Source: Octopus vulgaris
Lineage: Eukaryota
DNA: 64,000 bases
Direction of reading: 5' to 3'
Assembly (NCBI GenBank): GCA_951406725.2
Contig: OX597826.1
Coordinates: 61,380,001-61,444,000, forward strand
Part shown: piece after piece, positions 26,467 through 39,170 of the stretch
Layout of the letters: each line of letters starts with the position of its first letter
Numbering within the stretch: position 1 is the first letter of the stretch
The notes under the pieces: generated by a model
The model's input: the letters and a program-made list of their open reading frames with translations, nothing else
Database searches by the model: none
What the model was told of the DNA's origin: nothing
Position numbers and translations under genes: made by a program

Positions 26467-26984
26467 CAGATAAATAAATAAATAAAATAAAATAACAATG
26501 ATAATAATATAAGTGGCCAGCAAATAGAAAGGCAAATCCATAAATTTTATAATTAATTAATAAATTATAATTGAAGGTACACGAGGTACCAGCGTTGCTA
26601 TAAACAAGAGTCGAAAAATACTCTGATAAGCCATCCAAGAGAATCATCTTAAAGATCAAAATCAGTGAAATGGTGGCTTAATACAGTATCTTTGCCCTTT
26701 TATTAGCTTTAATGCTTGCTCGCCACTTTTATCATTATTATTATTATTATTATTGGTTATAATAATGATATCTATATTTATTTATGTAAAATTACACATT
26801 GGCATCGTTTGAATTTGACGCTGGCCTTTCAACGATCAACAGGCATAGCGAAGCGAGTAAAAGTTTTAACCCTGGGTAAACAGCAAACGTTGCTGATGAG
26901 AAATAAGAGAATCATCTCAAAGGTCGAAATTATATGAGACAGGAATATCGGTAACCTCATTTGTGACTATCAGCCGCGATGGTA

Positions 26985-27440
26985 AGTGGAAGAATGCTAT
27001 TTTCTCGGATGAGTCATCTTTTTCCTTATTTCCGACCACCAGCCGAGTATATGTGTGTAGACAGCCGAAAGAAGTATTTGACCCAGACTGCCTTCTTCCA
27101 ACTGTTAAACATAAAGGAGGATCTGTGATGATCTGGGGGATATATCTTGGAAATCCTCCGGCCCAATGGTTTCCCTTTATGGCAGAATTAATAGTAAAGA
27201 CGTTTTAAGCATTTTATCTGATCAAATTCATCCTATGGTTGTGGAACTGTTTCCGGAGGGAACGCAATCTTTAAGGATGATAATGCACCAATTCACACAG
27301 CTAAAGATGTTATTGAATAGCACGAAGAATATACTAGTGACGTTGAACTTCTTATCTGGCCACCACCGTCCCCAGATCTCAATATTATCGAACATATATG
27401 GTGCATTTTAGAAAAACAACTAAGGAGTCGATATCCTTAT
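26985..27440 (+). mobile_element. Tc1-type transposase fragment (frameshifted)
   Basis: WKNAIFSDESSF...TVKHKGGSVMIWG...DDNAPIH...WPPPSPDLNIIEH. Confidence 0.88.
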
Positions 27441-27508
27441 ATAGGAATTAACCTTATAATATAATAATTGAAAAGTTATTCTACTTAATAATGATATATA
27501 CAAATAGT

Positions 27509-27845
27509 GGGGGCGCAATGGCCCAGTGGTTAGGGCAGCGGACTCGCGGTCGTAGGATCGCGGTTTCGATTCCCAAACCGGGCGTTGTGATTCCCAGACC
27601 GGGCTCCGGCAGGGATGGTGGTGATCCCTGCTGTACTCTTTCACCACAACTTTCTCTCACTCTCACTCTTACTTCCTGTTTCTGTTGTACCTGTATTTCA
27701 AAGGGCCGGCCTTGTCACTCTCTGTGTCACGCTGAATATCCCCGAGAACTACGTTAAGGGTACACGTGTCTGTGGAGTGCTCAGCCACTTACACGTTAAT
27801 TTCATGAGCAGGCTGTTCCGTTGATCGTAACCGACGGAGTGCTTC
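27509..27845 (+). mobile_element. SINE family C (tRNA-like head GGGGGCGCAATGGCCCAGTGGTTAGG...GGTTTCGATTCCC)
   Basis: A/B boxes; TSD ATATACAAATA (27496-27506, 27852-27862); reverse copy at 49525-49904. Confidence 0.85.
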
Positions 27846-28149
27846 CAGTCCATATACAAATACTAATGACTACGCTATGCACAAATACTGATGACTAAAA
27901 GAATAACAATAACGGATAAGATAATTGAATACCTATTTATTTTTATATTATACCCTTTCTACGTTATGCTTAATCGGAGCTTAGATACTTTGCATCGCTG
28001 TAACTAATTACTTACTTATTATATTAAGCACTTTAAAAGAAATTAACCTTATTATATAATAAAATAATTAAAAGATCATTATTATTATTAATAATTTAAA
28101 TATTCGAATAACTTTCTAAATTTATGGCAACATCTTAAAGTTAAGTGTT

Positions 28150-29085
28150 CATTAAAATGCAGTAAAATTAATTTGGAAGTAATAAAGTATAAAAGATCAC
28201 AAGTAGAATTACTAATATTATACGATGGTCCATAACTAATAATGGGCCACTTTAAATCATATTTAATATTCTCATTAATTAAATTCCAAATGCATTTACT
28301 AAGATTAGTAGAATTACATTTTCTTCTATATTTAAAGGATTTAGAATGATTATAAAATCTATATTTCCAGCTAGGAGCAGATTAACCAATATACCAATTC
28401 TTACGATGTTTAATTAATACTTCACGTTGATAACTATATTCTTTTTTAAATACTGATTTCCTAAAGGGCATCGATCTTTCTTTACACAGTTACACATGGA
28501 TTTGTTTACTCGTAAATTGCCTTCATAGTTATAAGAATTTCTGTTAGTACCTGTCTGTAAAATAGGAGTTAAAGTTGGATTATAATAATAATTATTATTA
28601 GAATTAATATTAATACAAGGTAAAAAAAACGAATTATTTAACAGACATATAGATTTATCCCTTTAAATCATTTTGATAAATTATAGAATCTAAACCTTGT
28701 TCCGAATGATTATCAATAACATTAATTTCACTATACGTATTATCAGTTCTACAATTATTTATATATTTAGAATTTTGATATTCTCTAATTCTCTGTTTAT
28801 TTTGTGCTGCAATAATCTTAGCTAAATTTCTGGTGGCTGAATACGCAAACTTAAGACTATGTCTTTTAAATAATTAGCCATATTTACTTGAAGGTGGGAT
28901 ATACCTAATTAGTGCTGCAAAGAATTTGAGAGGGATAATAGAAGCTATTGAATATGAAAATGGAGCATTATTCCATATAACATTTGTTGATTTCTTCTTA
29001 TTATTTCTATAAACATTTTCGTCAGTATTACTTTTATTAAAATTGAGTTGTTTCCTATTATAATTTTTATTCAGAAATTTGTAAC

Positions 29086-29140
<55 letters not shown>

Positions 29141-29360
29141 GTTGTTGTTGTTGTTTTTGTTGTTATTATTTCTATCTAAATTTTTAGTTTTCTTATATTC
29201 TTTATTGATTTTCAATATCTCTTTAAATTCTATCATTTTCTATAATGATATATTGGTATTATACTCCATTAAATTCTATCATTTTCTATAATGATATATT
29301 GGTATTATACTCCATTTTCATATTCAATAGCTTCTAATATTCCCGTAAGTTCTTTGCAGC
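28150..29360 (-). mobile_element. Degenerate AT-rich Penelope-like ORF fragment with a locally inverted copy (29300-29360)
   Basis: VIWNNAPFSYSIASIIPLKFF..PPSSKY..FKRHSLKFAYSATRNLAKII resembles the PLE post-RT IWFNPPFS...KISYS motif. Confidence 0.6.
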
Positions 29361-29818
29361 GCACACAAGCAATATTTCACACCCTGATACTTCTAAGAGG
29401 AACAATGAACTGCGCTGCCAACCCTACCAAGGTAGCTTCTTTCCCTGAGCGTGAACATTGAATATATACAACACAAAAACTTCACACGTAGAAGAAACAT
29501 TCTCTCCTGGTGAACTTACTCATCAGGAAAACGTAGAAACATCACATATACTCAGAATATAATATAATATATAATGTAAATGAATTCACCATCCAACACA
29601 GGAGTCGAATCGAAGGGAGATAATCACTCAAATGTGTCACCCAAGAGTAGCACCCCTTGATTTCTTGCTTTCTTTATGAAACTTTCTGGGAATTCATGAG
29701 ACTTTTCCCGAGACTCTGTATTTTCATCCAATATGGAGACGACAACCATCCCTCCATGTGATCGTCTAGAAAGATTAGGATATTAAGATATTTTTCTTAA
29801 CATGAAAGCAATGGTAGC

Positions 29819-30075
29819 TGTGGGATGACGTCAGCAGCTGGGTGCGTTGACCGGAAGTTGGGGCAACCGGAAGGGGCAGCCGTGAGGCGTGCGTAGGGAG
29901 CGGGGATTTCGGCCCTTCTAACGAGGGTCGTCGAGGTGTTAAGACGTGTGAAGACGTTGCTAAGGTTGGGTGAAGCAGCTGATATCTTTAGCGTTCGGGT
30001 CGGGGCTGAAGGGTCTCTATCAGAGCGAAGAGAAGGTAGGTGCCTTTATATATCGACTATCTCGCACACACCACA
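29819..30075 (+). repeat. 5' LTR (257 bp, TG...CA)
   Basis: About 11 substitutions and a 23-bp microhomology (CTG) deletion relative to the 3' LTR, counted by eye. Confidence 0.93.
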
Positions 30076-30110
30076 AGCTATTTCGGCATTCCACGTAAGT
30101 CGTCACAACG

Positions 30111-30854
30111 ATGTCTGCGAAAATCAGGATCGCCAGCGACATCATCAGACCCTTTAATGGCGAAGGCGATGTAGTGGCCTGGATGTGTAAAATCAGGCTG
30201 GTGGCAAGACTGCAAGGTATAAGTGATATGGCAAGTCTTATGGCGCTGTATTTAGAAGGGAGCGCGTTAACGCTATACCTTGAGATGGACGAGGAAGAAC
30301 GTCTGAGCGAGGAAACGATAGAGCAACGATTGCGGGATGCCTACACAGAATGTGAATACACAGCTTTTGCTAAGCTGGGTACGATTCGGTGGACGGGGGG
30401 GACAAGTGGATGAGTATGCGGCAGAAGTTAGAAGGTTAGCGACGCTGGCTGGGTTTACAGGAGAAGGGCTGGAGAGAGAGCGGCGCGGCTGGCGTTCGTA
30501 AATGGGTTCCCCGACGATGTAGGGATTCACCTACAACGATTACCCGGGATTAAAAAGATGGCGCTGAGCGAACTGGTGACTCAAACCCGCGTGTTGACGT
30601 GACACTCTGGGCGGAAGGCGATGGCAGTGACGGAGGTGCGTAAAGACGGACGACGACCGGAGAAAGACGTACAGAAGCGGCCGTTCACAGGTCGGTGTTT
30701 TAGATGCCAGGGGTCGCACATGGCGCGGGACTGTACGCAACCGGGGCCCGTTTGCTATCGATGCAGGCAGACAGGGCACATCGCCCGTGATTGCGACCAG
30801 GGAAACGACTGCGGGGAAGTTGCTGCCTCTCGAACTTTCCCCGCAAACGAGTAG
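30111..30854 (+). pseudogene. gag: Gypsy gag with two zinc knuckles (frameshifted, with a stop)
   Basis: MSAKIRIASDIIRPFNGEGDVVAW...; CFRCQGSHMARDC and CYRCRQTGHIARDC. Confidence 0.85.
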
Positions 30855-33637
30855 AGGCGCTATTAGAGACGCTGCCATTGATGGACGTGGAGGCCGAGGG
30901 GAAGACGTTCAAGGCCCTCGTGGATACAGGCTGTACGACCACCCTTGTGACTTCAAGGGTGACGAAGGAATGGAACGAGGCAAGTAGCGTCCGGGCGGTC
31001 GACGGCAGCGAAATCCGTTGCAGAGGCAGCAGCAAGGTAGAGATTGTGGTGCGCGGCGCGACGCTAAGGCTGCAGGTAATTGTGGCTGAACGCGTGATAG
31101 ATGGTGTTGATGTGGTGATGAGGATAGACGCCATCAACTGCCTTGGTGGCGTCGGTGTTGTGGGAAATGAGGTCACGTTCGGAAGCGTGGGGGCGTCGTG
31201 CACTGCGAGCCAGGATCGCCAGAGAGAGCAGAGCCCCGCGAGGGACTCCACCGCTTACACCATCGAGGACAAAGACTTTCAGGCGGCGTTCGATGGTCAG
31301 TGGTGGACGATAGAGTGGCGATGGAAGGACGAGCCCCCGACGCTGGAAAACTGGGTGAGCTGTTACCAGCATACCCTGAAAGGCCACGCCAGGATTGAGT
31401 TTGAAGACGAGGTGGAGAGGTGAATCGAGGAAGGGGTCCTTGTCCCTTGGAAGGAGGAGGTAACGGGCGGAGTGCTACCCCTGATGGCGGTGGTGCAGCC
31501 TACGAAGGGAAAAGTCAGACCGGTGTTGGACTTCAGGGAGCTAAACCAGCATATACCGTGTCACACGGGAGGTGAGGCGACAGACGTTTGTGGAGAGACG
31601 TTACGTGCGTGGAGACAGTCGACCGAGGCAGCGACGATTGTCGACTTGAAATCGGCATACTTGCAGCTCCATGTGAGCGACAAACTGTGGCGATATCAGC
31701 TGGTGCGGTACAAAGGCGCCGGACGTACTGTTTAACCAGACTGGGTTTTGGGCTGAATTCCGCTCCGAAGATCATGGCGGCAGTGCTTAAGTCCGTCCTA
31801 GGGAAAGACGACAAGATTAGAAAGGCCACCAGCTCCTACATTGACGACATTTTGGAGGACGAAACTGTAGTGCCAGCCAACGAGGTAGTTAGACATCTGG
31901 AGAAGTTCGGACTGATTGAGAAGCCACCGGAGTCGATGGAAGGGGGAGCCGCGCTGGGGCTGAAGCTGAGAAGAGATAGATCGGGTGAATTGGTGTTCCG
32001 GAGAGGGAATGAAATCCCAGAGCTGAGTTCTAGCGTCAGCAGGAGAGAGCTGTTCTCGGTGTGTGGGAAGTTGGTCGGTCACTACCCAATCGCCGGATGG
32101 CTGCGCACGGCGTGTAGTTACACCAAGAGACGAGAAGAGGGGCAGAGTTGGGGCGACAAGGTGGGAGAAGGGACGGTGGCGATGATGCAGGAAATCCTAG
32201 AGAGGACGAGAGCGGAAAACCCGGCCAGGGGGAACTGGTACGTGCCCAAGACGGAATGCGGGACCGTCTGGTGTGATGCTAGCAGTATAGCGATAGGGGT
32301 TGTGTTGGCAATCGAAGGTGCTGCGGTGGAGGACGCGGCCTGGCTTCGGAAAGCAGATGATTTCAACCACATCAATGTCGCCGAATTAGACGCGGTGCTG
32401 AAAGGGTTGAACTTGGCCCTGAAATGTGGGCTGCGCACAATTGAAATCCGGACGGATTCGGCCACTGTGCTTGGCTGGTAGGATCGGTGATCACCGGTGA
32501 AAGGAGAGTGCGGACGAAAGGTGCCGCGGAGATGTTAGTGAAGCGCCGTCTAGGAGTTCTAGATGAATTGATCGCCGAGTTCGGACTGAAGCTGAATGTG
32601 GTTTTCGTGCCTTCGGAGAAAAACAGGGCGGACGCACTGACCAGGGTGAAAAGAGCGTGGTTGGAAGAACCGGAGGAGGCTCGGAAAGGGATAGCTGCGG
32701 CGTGTCGGTTGGATGACTCCGAACTGAAGAGACTGCACGCTATGCATCACCTGGGTGTGGACAGGACCCTGTATCTGCCGAAGAAAATTGATGCTGACGT
32801 CACTAGGAGAAGCATCCGGAAGGTGGTCAGGAACTGCGACAGGTGTCAGTCCATCGACCCTGCTCCGTGTGGGCATGAACAGGGAAGCCTTTCGGTGGAG
32901 CAGAACTGGAAAAGGCTAGCTGTGGATGTGACACACTACCGTCAGGGAATGTACCTCTCCATGGTCGACTGCGGGCCAGGCCGGCTGGCCATTTGGAGGG
33001 AGTTAAGAACGGGCATTGCTGACGAGATCACGCAGATCCTGAACGGGATATTTTTAGAGAGAGGTCCCGTGGAAGAACTACTGATGGACAACGGGGCGGC
33101 GTTTCGTTCGGAAGCATTGAGGGTTATGCTTGATCGGTGGAATGTGCGTCGCTTGTTCAGAGCAGCGTATAGGCCGAGCGGCAACGGGATCGTGGAGAGG
33201 CCATAGCGGAAAGAGGGCGCATTTCGCCGCTTGAAGCAGTTTTTTGGTACAACTTGTCTCCCCGATCTGGACAAGCTGAGGAATCTGTGCCGCAGAGAGC
33301 TCTGTTCAAATATGAATGGAGGCACCCGAGCAAAGCGTCGGAGGGTCACGAGGAAGAAAAGGGACCCGTTCGCGTGAAAATAGGGGAGGAAGTCTGGGTT
33401 AAGCCACCAAAGGCGCGCTGTACGTCTCAATGGAGCAGAGGAACGGTGACGGCGGTCAATTCCAGAAACAACGTATCCGTGGATGGAATGCCGCGACACG
33501 TCTTGGACCTTCGCAGGATTGTCGCTTCGACGGACGACGATTCTGGAGAGGGGGAACGAGGTGCCCAGCTTGAGAAGATCTCGACGCGCAAGGCACCCTC
33601 CCGGTTGGATGGTGGACTACGACATGGAGCGGAGTGA
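30800..33637 (+). pseudogene. pol: Gypsy pol (protease, RT, RNase H, integrase) entered by a -1 frameshift at G GGA AAC; several stops and frameshifts
   Basis: Slippery heptamer at 30800-30806 in the gag frame; ALVDTGC; RPVLDFRELN, SSYIDD; WCDAS..ELDAV..TDS; HAMHH..CDRC, VDVT..MDNG..NGIVER. Confidence 0.9.
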
Positions 33638-33663
33638 TTGTGATCTTTAAGATCAGGGTGGCG

Positions 33664-33943
33664 TGTGGGATGATGTCAGCAACTGGGTGCGTTGACCGGA
33701 AGTCGGGGCAACCGGAAGGAGCAGCCGTGAGGCGTGCACAGGGAGCGGGGATTTCGGCCTTTCTAACGAGGGTCGTCGAGGTGTTAAGACGTGTGAAGAT
33801 GTTGCTAAGGTTGGGTGAAGCAGCTGCTATCTTTAGCGTTCGGGTCGGGGCTGTGACGAAGGATCCGTTACCACTGAAGGGTCTCTATCAGAGCGAAGAG
33901 AAGGTAGGTGCCTTTATATATCGACTATCTCGTACACACCACT
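33664..33943 (+). repeat. 3' LTR (280 bp; terminal CA mutated to CT)
   Basis: Direct repeat of the 5' LTR, followed by GTAGC. Confidence 0.93.
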
Positions 33944-35300
33944 GTAGCCTTAATACACAAATAAAGAAATTTTATCCCCTAATTAGGTGTTGAACGCCCA
34001 TTTTCATCGTTCAACATATACATTCTGATGAGACCCCAATAATGTTCGAAAATCGATTAAGGTTATTCATGATTTTTTCAAGCTACGGAGAAATAGCTAA
34101 ATTAGCTCTTTTTTTATATATCTACTAGATGGGGTTACATACATACATGCGTACATAAGTTCATACAAACGCACGCATTCTAAAAAAAGTGAAGGAATTC
34201 CTCGCAGTTCCCAACAACTAAGTTTATCACACTAGCTTGTGTCGAGTTGATCTACTTGGTCTTAGGTCATCCATTTACTCATACGAGGGTTATGGTCACA
34301 GATACTTCTTCAGGAAGTATAAATTCTATGAACTGAATTATTTCTTCCTGACCTAAAAATCCTTTAGACATAGTCACATCTTCCAGCAGACCTCCGAATG
34401 CTATGGATGTAACCATTCTTCGATATCTACACATGCAAATGACGCAAAGTTCGTTAAAATTTACAAAGATTATAGACCCAAGCACTTCTAAAGACATTTC
34501 CAATTCTTCCAAATCGACGAAGATTATAGAAACAGCAACATGTTGTGAACCTAGAAACGCCAAGTTGCAGTCACTTTTTCCAGAAATACAAAAAGCTATG
34601 GAGATAGCAACTCCTTTACTTTTTTACTCTTTTACTTGTTTCAGTCCTTTGACTGCGGCCATGCTGGAGCACCGCCTTTAGTTGAGCAAATCGACCCCGG
34701 GACTTATTCTTTGTAAGACCAGTATTTATTCTATCGCCCTCTTTTGCCGAACCGCTAATTGACGGCAACGTAAACACACCAGCATCGGTTGTCAAGCAAT
34801 GCTAGGGGGACAAACACAGACACACAAACATGCACACACACATATATATATATATACACATATACATATATACGACGGGCTTCTTTCAGTTTCCGTCTAC
34901 CTAATCCACTCACAAGGCTTTGGTCGGCCCGAAGCTATAGTAGAAGACACTTGCCCAAGATGCCACGCAGTGGGACTGAACTCGGAACCATGTGGTTGGT
35001 AAGCAAGCTACTTACCACACAGCCACTCCTGCGCCTTTCTGAATAAACTATTAAAAAGAAACGACAGCAACAACAACAACAACCAACAACTGTAATATTT
35101 CTGACATATTTATTTTCTTATAACAAATCAGGATCTCTTTTGAGGTGGGCCGGGTAAGAATAAAGAGTATTGTAGGTGATTATATGGATCTAATAATTGA
35201 TTAGTATGTTAAGGATCTTCGGAAATATTATGCAAAGTCTATTTAAAAGTAAACAAGCAATTTATCGACATCAGTACATGACTGTTATTTTAATAATGAA

Positions 35301-35376
<76 letters not shown>

Positions 35377-35410
35377 GGATTAATCGTTGAATAAGTCATT
35401 GAGATTTCTT

Positions 35411-35612
35411 TTAGCTAGTAACAAAAAGTAAGATTAGAAACAACAGGGAAATGAAGGAGATATTTGGAAGTGGTTTTATACCGGATGAATCTTTAATGTT
35501 GATTGATCTACATTTGTCGGACATTATATCATAGTTGTGGACTTGAAATAATTTCGTAATCTTCTCTGGACACTTAAAGTCGGCCATGTTTTCAATTCCC
35601 TCTTTCAAAAGT
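35411..35612 (-). CDS. Gene A terminal exon (LLKEGIENMADFKCPEK...DKCRSINIKDSSGIKPLPNISFISLLFLILLFVTS*), GPI-signal-like tail
   Basis: Acceptor TATCTTTTCAG; phase 2 matches the upstream exon; paralogous exon at 48079-48271. Confidence 0.85.
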
Positions 35613-36019
35613 CTGAAAAGATAAAAATATCGTCTTAAAAGTTTCATTTTAGTTTCCACAAAAACAATGACAGCAATAGGTAATTAAGTACAATTTGATA
35701 CCAAGGATGGAGCAATGGATATTTAATGTGTAAACTTTGATTACATATTTATAATGGGACTATATAGGTTTTAGTTTATTCTTTCGGATATCACTTCCGG
35801 TTGTTATTTCACAAAATATAATATATCACAACTGTGACATATCTTATGAGATATTCAAGAAAGGGAGTGGAATTTGTAAGAAAATACTGGTGTGAGACGT
35901 ATTTGAAAGCATATTTGGTATATTAATGAAACGATTCTAATTTAGCAACATACAAATGTATTTTAATAAAAAAATTGTGCGTATTTTCTCGGTAAGTTTT
36001 CTTATGAGATTTTTATGAA

Positions 36020-36420
36020 TCTACTTTCAGCATCGATGATTGCTTCAATGCCGGACAGAAGTCCTTGACATGCCCGCACTAAATGGCTCTTATTGGTCTT
36101 GGATACTACCTGGACAATGACCGCTTTCAGTGAAGCTATGGTATTGCGATGATGTCGATTAGTGACCTTTTCAATAATATTCTGTGATTAAATCTGACGA
36201 GTTTGGAGTGTACAAGTTCGGTGTTACGTGATCGTAATGATATCCTGACATCCATTCTTGGGTTACCTGGGCTTTGTAAAATGCTGCCGAGTATTACTAA
36301 AGCACGTATGGCATTCTGCTGCGTTACTTCATCCAGATTTTAAAAACTGTCTCTAACACCTCAACGTATGCATCAACATTGGTTCTAATACTTTTGAGAT
36401 AAAGACATGCACATTTATAT
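36020..36420 (-). mobile_element. Mariner/maT-like transposase relic in the last intron of gene A; homologous relic at ~50030-50400 in gene B
   Basis: PNSSDLN...TNRHHRNTIASLKAVI...LVRAC..IEAIIDAE. Confidence 0.7.
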
Positions 36421-36699
36421 TTGACATACTCCCGTGCACTAGACAAATGCAGCGAACGTTTTCCCACCTTCGATGAGGAGTTTGTCAAATATAAATGCAC
36501 GCCGCTCTTTCTTTTTTTTGTGTGTGCATATTATACCTCTGTCTGTCTGTGTAAACGCATATGTTAATAGGCGTACGAAGTGATCATTCGCAGCTACATC
36601 CATCGTATATTAGAATCTACCTCAAAGTGGATATTAATATTATAACTGATGATGTAAAATCATTTTCACAACTAGCATGTTAAAATTCTGTAGAAGAGG

Positions 36700-36734
<35 letters not shown>

Positions 36735-36736
<2 letters not shown>

Positions 36737-37126
36737 TATAAAGCTGAAGTTGTCTGTGTGTGTGTGGCAGGTTTGGTAGCCTTCAACTAACACTATCTTC
36801 TCCGAGACCCTACAGCGCAAGTTGACCAAAATTGAGAACATGATAGAAGAAGGCTTGCTCTTCATTCTGTAGAAGAAAAAATTCAAATCGGACCATGTTA
36901 AGACCAAAAATTATTTACATCAAAAAGGTGCTTTTTTCTATGAAAATCCCTATTTTTTACGATTTTTTGACTGCTGTGTCGCGATTTTTCAGTGTATTTC
37001 AATCAGAAAAATGTTCCCTTAAAAGAATAACAAGCTACATAATGCAAGATTTTTACTTTTCAAAAATTCCAATTCTAAAGGGTCGAAAAGAAAATAAACC
37101 CGAGCAACGCCGGGCTATTCTGCTAG
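36735..37126 (+). mobile_element. Non-autonomous Helitron
   Basis: 3' hairpin CCCGAGCAACGCCGGG followed by CTAG|T; 5' TGTC/TG repeat; no TSD. Confidence 0.8.
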
Positions 37127-37324
37127 TATATATATATATATATATATATTATAGCATATTACTGTTATCTATTATTATACCAACTGGGAGAGCTGGAAGT
37201 CAACCCCAATGAGATCCGAAGTAAAGACGTTGAGGTTTGAATCTAATTGCATTAAAACTCTAACGTGTCTCTTAATCAGCACTCGTGTATCATTAAATAA
37301 TCGAAACAAATTTTCGCTACATAC

Positions 37325-37496
37325 GGACAATATTTCTTGTAGTATTCTTCTCTTGTAATTTTATAATATCTCTGCTGCATAAATAAGTCTTTTCCTTTCT
37401 CGAAGAGCAACTGAAATTTCTTTAATCCATTCATTGAGCTATTGAATACTGCAGTCGTTATCTTTTGTATGAAACATGGTATACCATCAAATACAG
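37325..37496 (-). CDS. Gene A internal exon (VFDGIPCFIQK...FQLLFEKGKDLFMQQ...KKYC), 172 nt, phase 1/2
   Basis: Acceptor CTATTTCAG, donor CC|GTATGT; open frame; same length as the paralogous exon 50973-51144. Confidence 0.87.
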
Positions 37497-37591
37497 CTGA
37501 AATAGATTTAAGGAAAAAGTGCTATAGATTACCATTTTATTTATGATTTCTTTTTATAAGTATATTTGTTTATGTATATGAATTTGTTTTA

Positions 37592-37622
<31 letters not shown>

Positions 37623-37859
37623 CACGCGTGTATACGCGGTGAATATTTCGCAGGTGTAATAGAGAATATACAAGTTGAGATTCGCAGAGACTATAAAAAC
37701 AAAAGGAAAAAGTGAAGAGGTGTAGTGTTTGTAACATCGACATTTACCACCCTGTCGGCAAAGTAATTGCTGTTTAGAATTGTATCTTGGGCGTAGGAGA
37801 ACCGTAGCGGTACACAGCCCTAATAAGCACTGTTCTAAAAGAATATAGGAGCAAAAATT

Positions 37860-39170
37860 GACCACGAGAAGGCAGTAGGCCTGTAGTGTGGCCCCTCGAC
37901 AGATTATCAGTTAAAATGCTGGGGGTTTGGTTTGGTCCAGAATTCTAGGGGGACAAAAACTAGGGCAAGGTCACGAGGAGGGTTGCCAATCTCACCCAGA
38001 AATGGAGAGAAACCTATCTCTGAAAGGCCGGGTGGAAGTGAGGAATCCTCACATCGCTTCCATCATACATTACAACCTGACCGTCGTGTCTTGGCCCGGT
38101 TTACGTCCGACCAAACTGGAGCGCATACTCTTCCGACTTCTTTGGAACGGATGCGTTCCACTGGTCAAGGCGCGCCATTTGCTGTCAATATACACTGAAT
38201 GGAGGACTGGGCATGCCGTGGCTGCTGATGCGCAGACATGCGCTGAGGCTACGATTTCTTCAGTGCTTCTTTGACGGTGAGTAGGTGTGGTCGCCGTTTG
38301 TAAGACAGGATTATTCACAGCTCGTCTCTTTGACTGAGCTGCAGTCCTGGATCAAGTATACACCGAGGCAGAGCACCTGGCACCTAAAATGTCGTTATCA
38401 GAGCACCTGGCACCTAAAGTGTCGTTATCAGAGCACCTGGCACCTAAAGTGTCGTTATCAGAGCACCTGGCACCTAAAGTGTCGTTATCAGAGCACCTGG
38501 CACCTAAAGTGTCGTTATCAGAGCACCTGGCACCTAAAGTGTCGTTATCAGAGCACCTGGCACCTAAAGTGTCGTTATCAAAGCACCTGGCACCTAAAGT
38601 GTCGTTATCAGAGCACCTGGCACCTAAAGTGTCGTTATCAGAGCACCTGGCACCTAAAGTGTCGTTATCAGAGCACCTGGCACCTAAAGTGTCGTTATCA
38701 GAGCACCTGGCACCTAAAGTGTCATTATCAGAGCACCTGGCACCTAAAGTGTCGTTATCAGAGCACCTGGCACCTAAAGTGTCGTTATCAGAGCACCTGG
38801 TACCTAAAGTGTCGTTATCAGAGCACCTGGCACCTAAAGTGTCGTTATCAGAGCACCTGGCACCTAAAGTGTCGTTATCAGAGCACCTGGTACCTAAAGT
38901 GTCGTTATCAGAGCACCTGGCACCTAAAATGTCATAATCGCCTGTCAGCCTGTCAATGCAGTCGGTAGAATTTCCACTATGGTGTTATGTAAGGCTCAGT
39001 AGCAGGAAAGTGTGATGACGTTCTCGGGGAGATTCTAGGTATCGACGAGAATGAGCCGAACGATCTGTTCTGGAGGACTTTCAGTTCGGAGCTTATGGAT
39101 AGTTTCCAGAATTCGTTGACTGAGGTGGGGTGGGAGGCATTGCTTGCTCGGGATAAACACTACAAGCATG
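37860..39170 (+). mobile_element. Degenerate L1/Tx1-like LINE ORF2 fragment
   Basis: RNLSLKGRVEV...LERILFRLLWNG..PLV...GGLGMPWLLMRRHALRL motif. Confidence 0.7.
38369..38938 (+). repeat. 19 x 30-bp tandem minisatellite CAGAGCACCTGGCACCTAAAGTGTCGTTAT within the LINE fragment
   Basis: Exact 30-bp period, few variants, no spacers. Confidence 0.97.

Larger units (their letters stand above)
29819..33943 (+). mobile_element. Complete, degenerate Ty3/Gypsy LTR retrotransposon (4125 bp)
   Basis: LTRs 29819-30075 and 33664-33943; TSD GTAGC; purine-rich tract before the 3' LTR; gag-PR-RT-RH-IN order. Confidence 0.95.

Noticed and set aside
35613-35659. Single-exon small proteins starting METKMK/METIMK (ORF track 35411-35659 and 48079-48318)
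   Set aside because: The first 16 codons are the intron polypyrimidine tract; the upstream exon splices in frame at the CAG
38369-38938. CRISPR-like 30-bp repeat array, or a 227-aa repeat protein
   Set aside because: Repeats are contiguous with no unique spacers, there are no cas genes, the context is eukaryotic, and the unit derives from LINE sequence
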